A stretch of DNA of 32,000 bases, from NCBI RefSeq assembly GCF_000025505.1, contig NC_013849.1, positions 1,260,001-1,292,000 of the forward strand, read 5' to 3'. Each line of letters starts with the position of its first letter. The stretch's first letter is position 1. The translations under genes and the position numbers were made by a program. The stretch is from Ferroglobus placidus DSM 10642 (GTDB lineage Archaea; Halobacteriota; Archaeoglobi; Archaeoglobales; Archaeoglobaceae). Below, one piece after another: positions 1 to 8,651 of the stretch. Under the pieces are notes generated by a model. The model worked only from the letters and a program-made list of their open reading frames with translations, was not told the DNA's origin and did no database searches.

Positions 1-2
1 GG

Positions 3-740
3 CTGATCGACTGGTATTCCGGACTGATCGGTGTCATTGGCGTTTTAGCTGCAGCTCACTACAGGAGAAAGACCGGCGAAGGAACTTTCATCGACCTCAG
101 CCAGATAAGTTGCTCCACAAGAGCTACCGGCTACGCTTTCCCGCTTTACGGAAGATTTGGTGTCGTGAGGCAAAGGTGGGGTAACTGGGACACTCTACTT
201 TGCGTCCACGGAGTCATAATGGTTGGAAAGACCGACGATCCGGAGCATCCCAACCCGCAGATAAGTGAAGAAAGCAGATATGTCTTCGTTTCAGCCTTCC
301 AAGACGAGGACTTCAGAGAACTCTGCTACGTCATCGGCAGACCGGATCTCTGGGAGAAGTACTGCAGCTTAAAGGAGAGGTTGAAGCCTGAAGCCCAGAT
401 AGAAATTTACAGGGCTCTCGAGGAGTGGGCGGCTGACAAGTCGAGGAGCGAAGTTGTGGAGATTCTCAACAACGCTGGCTTGATAGCTGTGCCGGTCTTC
501 TCGGCTAAAGACGTTTACGAGTGCGACCACTACTGGGAGAGAGGAACGCTCAGATGGGTAGAAGATCCGATATTCGGTCACGTGCTCGTTCACGGAGCTA
601 CAGTAAAGATGAGCGAAACTCCGCCGAGGATAAAGTGGATCTGGAGACCGATTGGAGCGGACAACATCAGAATCTACCACGAACTGCTCGGCTATCCGCT
701 GAGCAAGCTGAAGGAGTTGTGGGAGAAGGGAGTAATCTGA
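3..740 (+). CDS. Class III (CaiB/BaiF) CoA-transferase, 5' end truncated by the window
   Basis: The frame is open from base 3 ([34 protein letters not shown]...), resembling the family III pattern 'RxxTGxGxxIDLSQ'. It ends at 740. Confidence 0.85.
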   Translation: MIDWYSGLIGVIGVLAAAHYRRKTGEGTFIDLSQISCSTRATGYAFPLYGRFGVVRQRWGNWDTLLCVHGVIMVGKTDDPEHPNPQISEESRYVFVSAFQDEDFRELCYVIGRPDLWEKYCSLKERLKPEAQIEIYRALEEWAADKSRSEVVEILNNAGLIAVPVFSAKDVYECDHYWERGTLRWVEDPIFGHVLVHGATVKMSETPPRIKWIWRPIGADNIRIYHELLGYPLSKLKELWEKGVI

Positions 741-753
741 GGGGGTGGTTTAG

Positions 754-1254
754 TTGGTTTATTACTGGGAGCACGAATGCGGATGGGTGAACTACCTCGA
801 CCCCTACTACTTCTGGAACTGGGAAGGGAAGGTAAAGTGTGCCGGCTGCGACAAGGTGGCTTACTTCAAATTCGTCAACGGAGAACTGCTCGAATACAGA
901 GAGGTTGACGAAGAACCAGACATCCTCCCGCTTTACGCTGACAATCCGAATGAGGGATACATTTCGATAAAAGTCGGAACTGAAGGAAAAACGAGACCTT
1001 TCAGAGGGCTGATGAGAGATCCGAAGACTTACACCGGAGAAGCGAGAACGAGAACTGAGAACTTTGCCGGAAAGTTCATAAGAGCAATGCCCAACCAGCC
1101 GAAGAAGGCTGGATTTGCGGAAAGCAGAAGGTTCGCGTGGATCGACAGAACGAAAAGCATCGAAGTCTGGGGCAAGGATAAGTATCCCGGCAAACCGGTT
1201 TACGGCAAGTTTAAGGTCGGTGAAGTTGCTGAAGAAGAGCATGTGGAGGAGTGA
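754..1254 (+). CDS. Hypothetical protein with ECGW...CAGC cysteines; likely in an operon with the CoA-transferase
   Basis: 166-aa ORF, TTG start preceded by a G-rich SD-like stretch (gggggtgg), 13 nt after the CoA-transferase stop, stop overlapping the next ORF. No family recognised. Confidence 0.7.
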   Translation: MVYYWEHECGWVNYLDPYYFWNWEGKVKCAGCDKVAYFKFVNGELLEYREVDEEPDILPLYADNPNEGYISIKVGTEGKTRPFRGLMRDPKTYTGEARTRTENFAGKFIRAMPNQPKKAGFAESRRFAWIDRTKSIEVWGKDKYPGKPVYGKFKVGEVAEEEHVEE

Positions 1255-1259
1255 TAACC

Positions 1260-1520
1260 ATGAGCTCTCACGTCGAATTTAGCTTTCCGAAAGATGCTGG
1301 TCCAAAGCCAGCTGTTTGGACGAAAGAGCAGGAGGAGTTCGTCAAGCAGTTCCCGCACATATGCAAGGAATGCAAATGGCTCAAACCGATAATTCCCAAC
1401 ACCAAGTACCCTCCCGCCGATCTGGTAGGCTACTGCAAGATTATACACTGGCCCTTCTACTGGTGCGTAAGCAAGTACACTATAGTTAAGAAGTGCAAGT
1501 GGTTTGAAAAGAGGGAATAG
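1260..1520 (+). CDS. Small Cys-rich protein, possible Fe-S or Zn subunit
   Basis: ORF open from 1251 (GTG), ATG at 1260. Contains HICKECKWLKP...GYCKIIHWPFYWCVSKYTIVKKCKWFE, with five cysteines in a compact arrangement. Confidence 0.7.
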   Translation: MSSHVEFSFPKDAGPKPAVWTKEQEEFVKQFPHICKECKWLKPIIPNTKYPPADLVGYCKIIHWPFYWCVSKYTIVKKCKWFEKRE

Positions 1521-1553
1521 CTTTAAATCTACCAAAATTTTTAACATTTTTTA

Positions 1554-1682
1554 ATGAAGTGCATTTACGATCCAGCGGTCGATTGCATCTACGAAGATTT
1601 CAGCGAGGAAAGGTGTAGGAGCTGTCCGATTTACGAGGCGATTGTTGAGGGAGCTAAGGGGTGTGGTAGCGTTGAGTTCTGA
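1554..1682 (+). CDS. Cys-rich microprotein (42 aa)
   Basis: Manual translation: MKCIYDPAVDCIYEDFSEERCRSCPIYEAIVEGAKGCGSVEF*. Pattern similar to the ORF at 6460. Not in the supplied ORF track. Confidence 0.6.
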   Translation: MKCIYDPAVDCIYEDFSEERCRSCPIYEAIVEGAKGCGSVEF

Positions 1683-1926
1683 AATTAATAGGGCTAAGGA
1701 GCTCGTTGAGAGGTGGTTTAAAAGCTACGCGGAGAAAGCTGACGAAACTGCGGTGGAGCTTTTCTCAGACGACATCGAAGTTATCGATAGCTGGGCGAAT
1801 TCTATGCTGATGGCCGGTAGAATAAGTAACGAAGAGTACTGGGATCTTATCACCTTTTGCGAAGAAAAGCTCGAAGAACTTAAAAGGTTAGCCGGAGTTG
1901 AAAGCTTGGACATGCGTTTCAAGTAG
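1672..1926 (+). CDS. Small predicted helical hypothetical protein
   Basis: ORF 1642..1926. Likely TTG start at 1672 (MSSEINRAKELVERWFKSYAEKADE...), overlapping the microprotein stop by 11 nt. Confidence 0.5.
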   Translation: MSSEINRAKELVERWFKSYAEKADETAVELFSDDIEVIDSWANSMLMAGRISNEEYWDLITFCEEKLEELKRLAGVESLDMRFK

Positions 1927-3010
1927 CGTCGTAGATCCACACGACATCGAGTTTATCGACGTAGCAGTTAACTCCGATCAATTCCGCAAGGCTCGGTTTC
2001 GTCCTTCCTTCGTCTCCGCTTACCAATTCCTTTATGTAAAGTCCTCCTTCAGCCTCGATTTCTATTACAGCTTTGTTTCCCCGATGTAGGAGAAGCTTCG
2101 TATCGTAAACTCTCTTTACCCTCACTTTATCGGCTCTTCTGTGCTCCACTCTTTTAGGCGTTCTTTGGTGAATGACCGTCTTCAACTTTTCTAAAGCATC
2201 TTTAAGTGTTCTCTCATCGACTTCCTTCTCAAAAACGACAAGGGCTCTGTACCTCTTTTTGTAGGAAGCCGATTTAATTCTTTCGACGTCTTTGTGAGTC
2301 GCATACCCCAAAAGCTTGACTTCCACAGCTCCGCTTCCCTCGTTTATTTTCCTTTCAAGCTCTTTTAAGTCGACTTTTCTCTTCTTCGGTTTCACAACTT
2401 CGAGAACGAACGGTCTTCCGTTTCCGAGCATTCTCGCATCCACGTCTTCCCTTCCGGATCCGTGGAGAAAAGCGTTCTCTCCTTCGAAAACTTCGAGGGC
2501 TGGAGTGATAATTATGTCTTCGACGCTCAGATACTTCTTTCCAGTAAAGTTGCAAGCTTCGCATCCTCTTCCCTTACAGAACGAGCAAAGCCATCTCGTT
2601 TGAGCTAAGTAGCGAACTCTCTTTTTATACCTCCCGAAAATGTACACCGGCTGAATTTCGTAGTCGATTCTCAAATCTTCGAGATCTACTATTACTCTCA
2701 CATCCCCGTTTGGCTTGAAATTTTTTCCGCTCTTCTCTCTTATTTTTCTGGCGAACTCTCTGTTGAAGTTCCTCTTGAAATTCAGCTCGTCGTCGATACC
2801 GAGCTCAGTTTTCAAAAAATTTTGAACGGCTTTTGCACTCCCTCTGAGTTTCGAACCGACTGAGAAGCTTTCGAACTCGTAGTCTTCGAGGTCTTCGAGC
2901 ACTTTTGCAGCTAACTCTTCTATCCTCTCAAAGACGTTGCAGCAAATAACGCATCTTCCGAGCTCTCCTATCTTTACTCTCTTTTTGCACACTTCGCAGA
3001 CGCTTATCAT
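1919..3010 (-). CDS. pus10: tRNA pseudouridine(54/55) synthase Pus10
   Basis: 363 aa with N-terminal CxxC...CxxC zinc motif, later CSFCKGRGCEAC, and FLHGSGREDVDARMLGNGRPFVLEV, characteristic of archaeal Pus10. Confidence 0.93.
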   Translation of the reverse strand: MISVCEVCKKRVKIGELGRCVICCNVFERIEELAAKVLEDLEDYEFESFSVGSKLRGSAKAVQNFLKTELGIDDELNFKRNFNREFARKIREKSGKNFKPNGDVRVIVDLEDLRIDYEIQPVYIFGRYKKRVRYLAQTRWLCSFCKGRGCEACNFTGKKYLSVEDIIITPALEVFEGENAFLHGSGREDVDARMLGNGRPFVLEVVKPKKRKVDLKELERKINEGSGAVEVKLLGYATHKDVERIKSASYKKRYRALVVFEKEVDERTLKDALEKLKTVIHQRTPKRVEHRRADKVRVKRVYDTKLLLHRGNKAVIEIEAEGGLYIKELVSGDEGRTKPSLAELIGVNCYVDKLDVVWIYDAT

Positions 3011-3873
3011 GATAGTATTTCCGTCCTGAAGGAGCTTTTCTCTCTTATCAGATCAACTTCGTAGGTTTTTCCAGTTACTTCGAAAATTCCGGTTACGACT
3101 ATTTCCACTTCGCTCCTCTCTCCGTTCTTCAGATGAGACACCCACCACTCATCAAGCTTACCGTTGTCGAGTAAAAGTTCGAGGGTGAATTTCGTATTCC
3201 TTTCTATTCTGATTTCTCTATCGTAGTAGCCGTAGCCGATCTTTATACCGTTCATCAAAACCTCGTACTTAATTCCTTTCAAATTGAAGGGGACGCTGCC
3301 GTCTATAATTGCGTCGAGGAGAATCTGGGTGTGATCTCTCGTAACTTCTCCCCACCTCGGGGTAATTTTCACTTTCGCCGTTAATAAGCCGAAGCGAACG
3401 TTCTCTTCAATGTTAAATCCTTTCAGAATGTTCGTTCTGATTTCGTCCCTCTCCTCGAAGGGAAACTTAAAATCGGTTATGAGCAGGTTGAATATCAAAT
3501 TGCCCTTCAAAAGAAGCTCGGAAACCTCGTCGTTCTTAATGTGCGAAACCCACCACTCGGGAATCTTGCTGTTGTCTATCTTCGTCGAAATCGTTATCGT
3601 CGTAATCGTATTGGGTTTCAGAGTTGCATCGCCTATGCTCCTCCCTTTCCCGAGCTCCACGCCGTTTATGTAGATAGTAAGATCGATAGCTTTAAGCGGA
3701 ATCGAGAAAGGATTCGGATTCTTCACGTCAATTTCGGTTAATATTTCGGAGTAGCTTTCCGTTATATCTCCCCACCTGCTTTTGTAACTCAAAACCTCCG
3801 GCTTCCCGATTCCGAGGCAGCCGGAAGTTAGCACGAGAATTAAAAGTACCGGCAGCAATCTCTTCATAACCAT
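3007..3873 (-). CDS. LEA14-like (LEA_2 type) domain lipoprotein
   Basis: Signal peptide plus lipobox (LVLTSGCLG), then two repeats of the type 'IDVKNPNPFSIPLKAIDLTIYINGVELGKG'. Confidence 0.7.
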   Translation of the reverse strand: MVMKRLLPVLLILVLTSGCLGIGKPEVLSYKSRWGDITESYSEILTEIDVKNPNPFSIPLKAIDLTIYINGVELGKGRSIGDATLKPNTITTITISTKIDNSKIPEWWVSHIKNDEVSELLLKGNLIFNLLITDFKFPFEERDEIRTNILKGFNIEENVRFGLLTAKVKITPRWGEVTRDHTQILLDAIIDGSVPFNLKGIKYEVLMNGIKIGYGYYDREIRIERNTKFTLELLLDNGKLDEWWVSHLKNGERSEVEIVVTGIFEVTGKTYEVDLIREKSSFRTEILS

Positions 3874-3904
3874 TAGTGCTTGAAAGCGCTAAATAAACCT
3901 TAAC

Positions 3905-3914
3905 CTTTAAAGTC
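3905..3914 (+). promoter_or_regulatory. Candidate TATA/box A for the C/D box sRNA
   Basis: cctttaaagt lies about 27 nt upstream of the inferred 5' end of the sRNA. Confidence 0.35.
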
Positions 3915-3937
3915 CCTATCACTTATTAACTTATTAG

Positions 3938-3992
3938 CCGATGATGAATTTCGGTCGCGCTGAAGGGTGATGAAATTTCCTGCGGCTGAGGT
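3938..3992 (+). ncRNA. Archaeal C/D box guide sRNA (2'-O-methylation guide)
   Basis: C box ATGATGA 3941-3947; 12-nt guide ATTTCGGTCGCG; D' CTGA 3960-3963; 3-nt spacer AGG; C' GTGATGA 3967-3973; 12-nt guide AATTTCCTGCGG; D CTGA 3986-3989. Confidence 0.9.
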
Positions 3993-4165
3993 TCGTTTAT
4001 CGTCTAACTTTGCGAAAACTTGTCCTTTGAGTTGATCTTAAAAGTCTTCGAAAGCGAACTTACACTTTTCAACTTTCAAATTTAATATCATTCTGGGAGA
4101 AAAATCCGTTTAAGGGTAAATTTTCGAGTTTTAGGAGTTTTAAAAGCTGTTCGAAAAGGGAAGGT

Positions 4166-4183
4166 GTTAGACGATAGTCTAAC
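4166..4183. repeat. Perfect inverted repeat GTTAGAC-GATA-GTCTAAC
   Basis: 7-bp arms with a 4-nt loop, upstream of the transporter promoter region. Confidence 0.6.
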
Positions 4184-4215
4184 TGCCCGTGCTAAACCTC
4201 TTGATCATTAATGGA

Positions 4216-4228
4216 AAATTTTATATTG
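4216..4228 (+). promoter_or_regulatory. Candidate TATA box for the transporter gene
   Basis: aaaattttatatt AT-rich box, with about 80 nt of leader before the ATG at 4310. Confidence 0.4.
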
Positions 4229-4309
4229 TTGTTAGCTATTAATCGTTGAAGACGTCTGTAAAGTTGGGTAGTTGAAAAGTAAGTAAAGCGGTTAAAGAGA
4301 GGTGTCTGG

Positions 4310-6391
4310 ATGGTTGAGAAGTCGGATGTTAAAGAAGTGGAAATTCCAATGAGGGAACTGGCGAGGACAATAGCCATCGGCTGGAGCGGAGCATTGCTGG
4401 AGTGGACGGACTTCTATACATACGCTATCCTCGCACCGATCGTTGCGAAGGTCTTCTTCCCATCAGAGGATCCAATAGCTTCTCTGCTGGCAAGCTTCGG
4501 AGCGTTGGCGTTAGGTTTCCTCTTCAGACCACTCGGAGCTTTACTCTTCGGTAGAATCGGAGACATCTACGGAAGAAAGATAGCTTTCGTCATAGCAGCT
4601 GTGTCGATGCTCGCTGGAACAGTGGGAATCGGTATTCTGCCAACTTACGCTCAGATAGGCATTGTGGCGTCTATTCTCGTCTTCGTTCTGAGAATTATAC
4701 AGGGGCTTGCCCTCGGAGGTGGATACGGAGCTATCATAGTCTTCCTTGGAGAGTCGGTGCCAGAGAGAAGGAGAGGAACGTACACTGGCATTCTGTTTAC
4801 AACGCCGGCTATAGGTATGGCTATCGCAGCTTCCATGGAATCTTTGGTCGAATCATGGCTCGGCACCGAAGGTTTGTACGCTTGGGGTTGGAGAATTCCG
4901 TTTATAGTTGCCGGTTTGGTCATTGCATTCATCGCATTGATTATGCATTTATTCTATAAGGAAACGCCGGTCTTCAGCATGCTCAGAACGATAAGAAGGA
5001 CATCTTCAGCTCCCATCAGAGAACTGTTCGCTAAGAAAGAATACTTGTCTCTTGTGCTGCTTGCGTGGATAGGAGTCATCGGTGCTCACGGACCGGTTTG
5101 GTACACCAACCAGCTCGTTTCCAAGTACTACATGACTTGGCACGGAATTTCTCCTGGAGAGTCTTCAGCGATTCTCTTCTGGTGCACGATGGCGGCTGTG
5201 TGGGTATACGTTCTCTTCGGATACATCTCTGACATTATCGGAAGGAGGAAGCTGCTGATATTCGCAATTTACGGAAACGCTCTATGGTTCATTCCCGCCT
5301 TCTGGCTGATGAGAGAGGCTGCTTTAGCCCAGAATATAACGATGCTTTACATACTCACATACACGCTGACGTTCTTCAACGGTATAGGCTATAGCGGTGC
5401 TCAGTCGGCATTCTTACTCGAACTATTCCCGTCGAGAATCAGAGTTACCGCCACAGGTTTCACTTACAACCTCGGATACGGTATAACCGGAGGTTTAACG
5501 CCGTTCATGGTGACCCTGTTCTACAAGTTCTTCAACGACTGGTGGTTATCTGTCATCGCCTGGAGCACGGTGCTGCCGATGATAATGGGTAGCTACTTCG
5601 TCATCAAAGGCTACGAAACTCTTGGAACAAGACTCTGGGCTGAGTTTGCTGCCGAGAAGTTTGCCAAAGATGCAGTCATTGTCAAAGCTAACGAGCCGGT
5701 TAGAGAGGCTATAAGAAAGATGATAGAGAAGGACAAGAGAGGTGTCGTCGTCGATTACGTTGCAGAGACTGGCGTTGCCTATAGGCACATGCTCAAGGGA
5801 GCTGCTGAGAAAGGTCTCGACGTTCCGGTTGGAGATGTGGCGGTCAAAGTTCCTTGCATGGAGTACAACGAGCCACTGCCGAACATTCTTGAGACGATGG
5901 AGCACTACCACGTTAGAATGATTCCAGTGTGCAGGAGGGGACAGATAATCGGAATGATCGACTTGAGAGATGTGCTCGCTGAGACGGCTGGATTGTCAGC
6001 TCTGACTAAAAAGCCAATAGCCGAGAGAACGAGGCTGAGAGATGTTGCTAAGGAGCCGATAGTCATAAACCACAACGAAAAGATCGGGGATGCCATAAGA
6101 CTGATGATTCAGAACGACATAGGATTCTTGCCGGTTGTCGACGAAGCAGGAAAGCTTGTTGCAGTGTTCTCTGAGAGAGACGCTTTCAAGGCTATTGCCA
6201 ACGGAGCATCACTTGACTCACCGCTCATAGATTATGCGACCAAGAATCCTCAGACGGTCAGCTGCGACGATCCGGTGTCTAAAGTGGCTGAAATAATGGT
6301 CAGACTGAACATAAGACACATCGTCGGAGTCGATTCAGCTGGAAGACCGGTTTGCGTTGCGGGAGTCAAAGACATCTTGGCTGTCGGCTAA
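4310..6391 (+). CDS. MFS transporter, metabolite:H+ symporter (MHS)-like, with C-terminal CBS domains
   Basis: 12-TM-like MFS region (GALLFGRIGDIYGRKIAF, RIIQGLALGGGYGAIIVFLGE) followed by about 240 aa with repeated CBS motifs (MEHYHVRMIPVCRRGQIIGMIDLRDVL, MIQNDIGFLPVVDEAGKLVAVFSERDAF, MVRLNIRHIVGVDSAGRPVCVAGVKDIL). Confidence 0.88.
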   Translation: MVEKSDVKEVEIPMRELARTIAIGWSGALLEWTDFYTYAILAPIVAKVFFPSEDPIASLLASFGALALGFLFRPLGALLFGRIGDIYGRKIAFVIAAVSMLAGTVGIGILPTYAQIGIVASILVFVLRIIQGLALGGGYGAIIVFLGESVPERRRGTYTGILFTTPAIGMAIAASMESLVESWLGTEGLYAWGWRIPFIVAGLVIAFIALIMHLFYKETPVFSMLRTIRRTSSAPIRELFAKKEYLSLVLLAWIGVIGAHGPVWYTNQLVSKYYMTWHGISPGESSAILFWCTMAAVWVYVLFGYISDIIGRRKLLIFAIYGNALWFIPAFWLMREAALAQNITMLYILTYTLTFFNGIGYSGAQSAFLLELFPSRIRVTATGFTYNLGYGITGGLTPFMVTLFYKFFNDWWLSVIAWSTVLPMIMGSYFVIKGYETLGTRLWAEFAAEKFAKDAVIVKANEPVREAIRKMIEKDKRGVVVDYVAETGVAYRHMLKGAAEKGLDVPVGDVAVKVPCMEYNEPLPNILETMEHYHVRMIPVCRRGQIIGMIDLRDVLAETAGLSALTKKPIAERTRLRDVAKEPIVINHNEKIGDAIRLMIQNDIGFLPVVDEAGKLVAVFSERDAFKAIANGASLDSPLIDYATKNPQTVSCDDPVSKVAEIMVRLNIRHIVGVDSAGRPVCVAGVKDILAVG

Positions 6392-6459
6392 CACATTTTT
6401 TCTTTTTTATATTTTTGTTCACCGAAATTTAAATTAACGATTAATCAAAAGAGATTTTT

Positions 6460-6558
6460 ATGAAATGCTACCACGACCTGACGATAGATTGCAAATGGAA
6501 TTTGAAATGCTTCGAATGCCCGATAGCTAAAGCCTTTGCCGAAGATTACCCGCACTGA
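6460..6558 (+). CDS. Cys-rich microprotein (32 aa)
   Basis: Manual translation: MKCYHDLTIDCKWNLKCFECPIAKAFAEDYPH*. Shares MKC-x2-D-x3-DC-(x)n-C-x2-CPI-x2-A with the ORF at 1554. Convergently overlaps the next gene by 13 nt. Confidence 0.55.
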   Translation: MKCYHDLTIDCKWNLKCFECPIAKAFAEDYPH

Positions 6559-7769
6559 GAAGTCTCTATAATTCTTTCGAAAGCTCTGATGAACTCTTCT
6601 TCCTTGCCTTTTTCTATCAGCGTCGCAGCCGCCACTTTGTGAGTTGCATCCGGAAAACCGTTAACAGCCTTGCTCGCTTCTGGAATTAAACAATCAAAAC
6701 CCGGCATAACTCCGTTGAGAATTTTCCTTTCGAGAGGTATCGGCGTTCTTCCGCTAACCTTCACGGCGTTCAGCTTTATCTCTCCCAAATCCGGAATGTA
6801 ATCGTATACGTTCTGAAAACCGATTACGTACTTATCGTCATCGAAGAAGCTCATGTCCTTCGTTACCTGACAGAACTCTCCTATAGCTTTAACTCCCATT
6901 GGATAGAAGTCGTCTTTAGCGTGGAACCACTGAACGTAGCGCTCTTTCTTAAGCTCTCCGTTTTTCAACCTCTCTATCATCTCCTTGAACTTCCTCTCCT
7001 TAAGCTTCTCGTACTCCTGACTTTTTTCTATCGCATCATCTACGTTTCCGGAGAGAGTGCATTCTATCGCGATGTTGTAACCCTTCTCGAGGTATCCGAC
7101 AACTCCGAGATTCGTGAAAGCTTTTGCCACGTCGCTTGCGTAGTTTTTCAGCGGAACTATGTAATACCTCTCCCTCATCTTTTCTATCTTGATTTTCGCC
7201 TGTCCGAGTCTTATCGCCTCTTCGAGGCTTAATCTGTCTATCCCGAGGACTCCTCCGTACCTGTCGTGGTAATCTCCTACAGAGCCTATGACTGCAAGGT
7301 AGGCAAGGTCCTTGTTTTTCTCATCTATTCCCCTCGCCACCATGTAGGTTAAGCTCGAGGCGGAGATGAACAGATCTCCGGAAATCCCAAGAAGCTCCGA
7401 ATCGAGCTCAACAACTTTTTCGCTTTCCACTTTTACTGCTGGATGGTGGTCGATGAGAAATATGTAGTTTCTCCCCCCATCGATTTTCGCTATCGTATCC
7501 AAAGCCAATCCGCCGAGGTCCGTGTAAATTATAACGTCATCCTCTTTTCCTTCGTGAATTCTTTCTATTATTTTCGGGTGAACTTTCTCGATGCAGTACC
7601 TCTTCACATCTCTACCCTTCCTCATTAAAGCTATTGTTAAAATTAGAGCCGAACAAATTCCGTCGGCATCGTTATGATGAACTATATACACTTCCCTCGT
7701 CACATCTTTTAACTTTTCAGCTGTGAACTTCACCGCTTTCAAAAAATCACCGTTCATCAGCTCTTGCAT
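6546..7769 (-). CDS. DHH/RecJ-like phosphoesterase
   Basis: VHHNDADGICSA, DLGG, FLIDHHP, GSVGDYHDRYGG motifs of the DHH superfamily. Confidence 0.88.
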   Translation of the reverse strand: MQELMNGDFLKAVKFTAEKLKDVTREVYIVHHNDADGICSALILTIALMRKGRDVKRYCIEKVHPKIIERIHEGKEDDVIIYTDLGGLALDTIAKIDGGRNYIFLIDHHPAVKVESEKVVELDSELLGISGDLFISASSLTYMVARGIDEKNKDLAYLAVIGSVGDYHDRYGGVLGIDRLSLEEAIRLGQAKIKIEKMRERYYIVPLKNYASDVAKAFTNLGVVGYLEKGYNIAIECTLSGNVDDAIEKSQEYEKLKERKFKEMIERLKNGELKKERYVQWFHAKDDFYPMGVKAIGEFCQVTKDMSFFDDDKYVIGFQNVYDYIPDLGEIKLNAVKVSGRTPIPLERKILNGVMPGFDCLIPEASKAVNGFPDATHKVAAATLIEKGKEEEFIRAFERIIETSQCG

Positions 7770-7850
7770 ACATTATAGACTTTGACAATTATTTATAATA
7801 CTTTTTTGCACTTCTGCAAGTATTTAAAATCGGAGGATTTTAATTAAGCT

Positions 7851-8618
7851 ATGCTCACACTCATCGGCTTGGGACTCTGGGATGAGAAGGACATAACTCT
7901 GAAAGGATTGGAAGAAGTTAAGAGGGCTGATAAAGTTTACGCTGAATTTTACACGTCAAAGCTGATGGGAACGAGTATTGAAGCCATGGAAAAGCTTTAC
8001 GGGAGAAAAGTTGTGGTTTTGGAGAGAAAGGATCTCGAGGACGAAAGCTGGAAGATCGTCGAAGAGGCTAAGAGCAAAAACGTCGTAATCCTCGTTGCTG
8101 GCGATCCGGGAGTTGCGACAACTCACTCAAGCCTACTGCTCGAGGCAAAGAGGAAGGGAGTTGAGACGAGAGTTATCCACAACGCAAGCGTGATTTCTGC
8201 TATTTGCTCCGTCACCGGCTTGCACAGCTACAAATTCGGGAAATCAGCTACTGTGAGCTACCCTTACAGGGGAATAGTTTCAAAAACACCCCTAAACGTT
8301 ATCAAAGAGAATTTGAGCATCAACGCTCACACTTTGCTCCTCTTAGACTTAAACCCGAAGCCGATGACGATTGGAGAGGCTGTGAAAATAATGGAGAAGG
8401 TTGACGACGGAACTTTAAATCACTTCGCCGTCGGAGTTGCGAGAATTGGAGGGGATTGTTACATAAAATGCGATCACTTCTACTCTCTTCCGAATCACGA
8501 TTTTGGCAAGCCACTTCACACGATAGTCTTTTTATCCAAAAAGCTACACTTCACGGAGTACGAATTTCTCAGAGAATTTGCAGACGCTCCTAAGGAACTG
8601 GAGGAGTTCGTGGAGTAA
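7851..8618 (+). CDS. dphB: Diphthine synthase
   Basis: MLTLIGLGLWDEKDITLKGLEEVKRADKVYAEFYTSKL..., GDPGVATTH, HNASVISA: SAM-dependent diphthine synthase signature. Confidence 0.95.
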   Translation: MLTLIGLGLWDEKDITLKGLEEVKRADKVYAEFYTSKLMGTSIEAMEKLYGRKVVVLERKDLEDESWKIVEEAKSKNVVILVAGDPGVATTHSSLLLEAKRKGVETRVIHNASVISAICSVTGLHSYKFGKSATVSYPYRGIVSKTPLNVIKENLSINAHTLLLLDLNPKPMTIGEAVKIMEKVDDGTLNHFAVGVARIGGDCYIKCDHFYSLPNHDFGKPLHTIVFLSKKLHFTEYEFLREFADAPKELEEFVE

Positions 8619-8651
8619 AAGTTTATTACGAATAAGTTTAGTAGTTTATTG

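Noticed and set aside
667-1242. 191-aa minus-strand ORF (and similar antisense ORFs such as 7443..7628, 13648..13929, 21490..21834)
   Set aside because: These lie antisense to well supported coding genes or RNA and show no recognisable domains or promoter; typical GC-skewed shadow ORFs.
6546-7769. Special defence role for the DHH protein
   Set aside because: It fits the usual archaeal DHH/RecJ-like housekeeping family and lies in a normal context.
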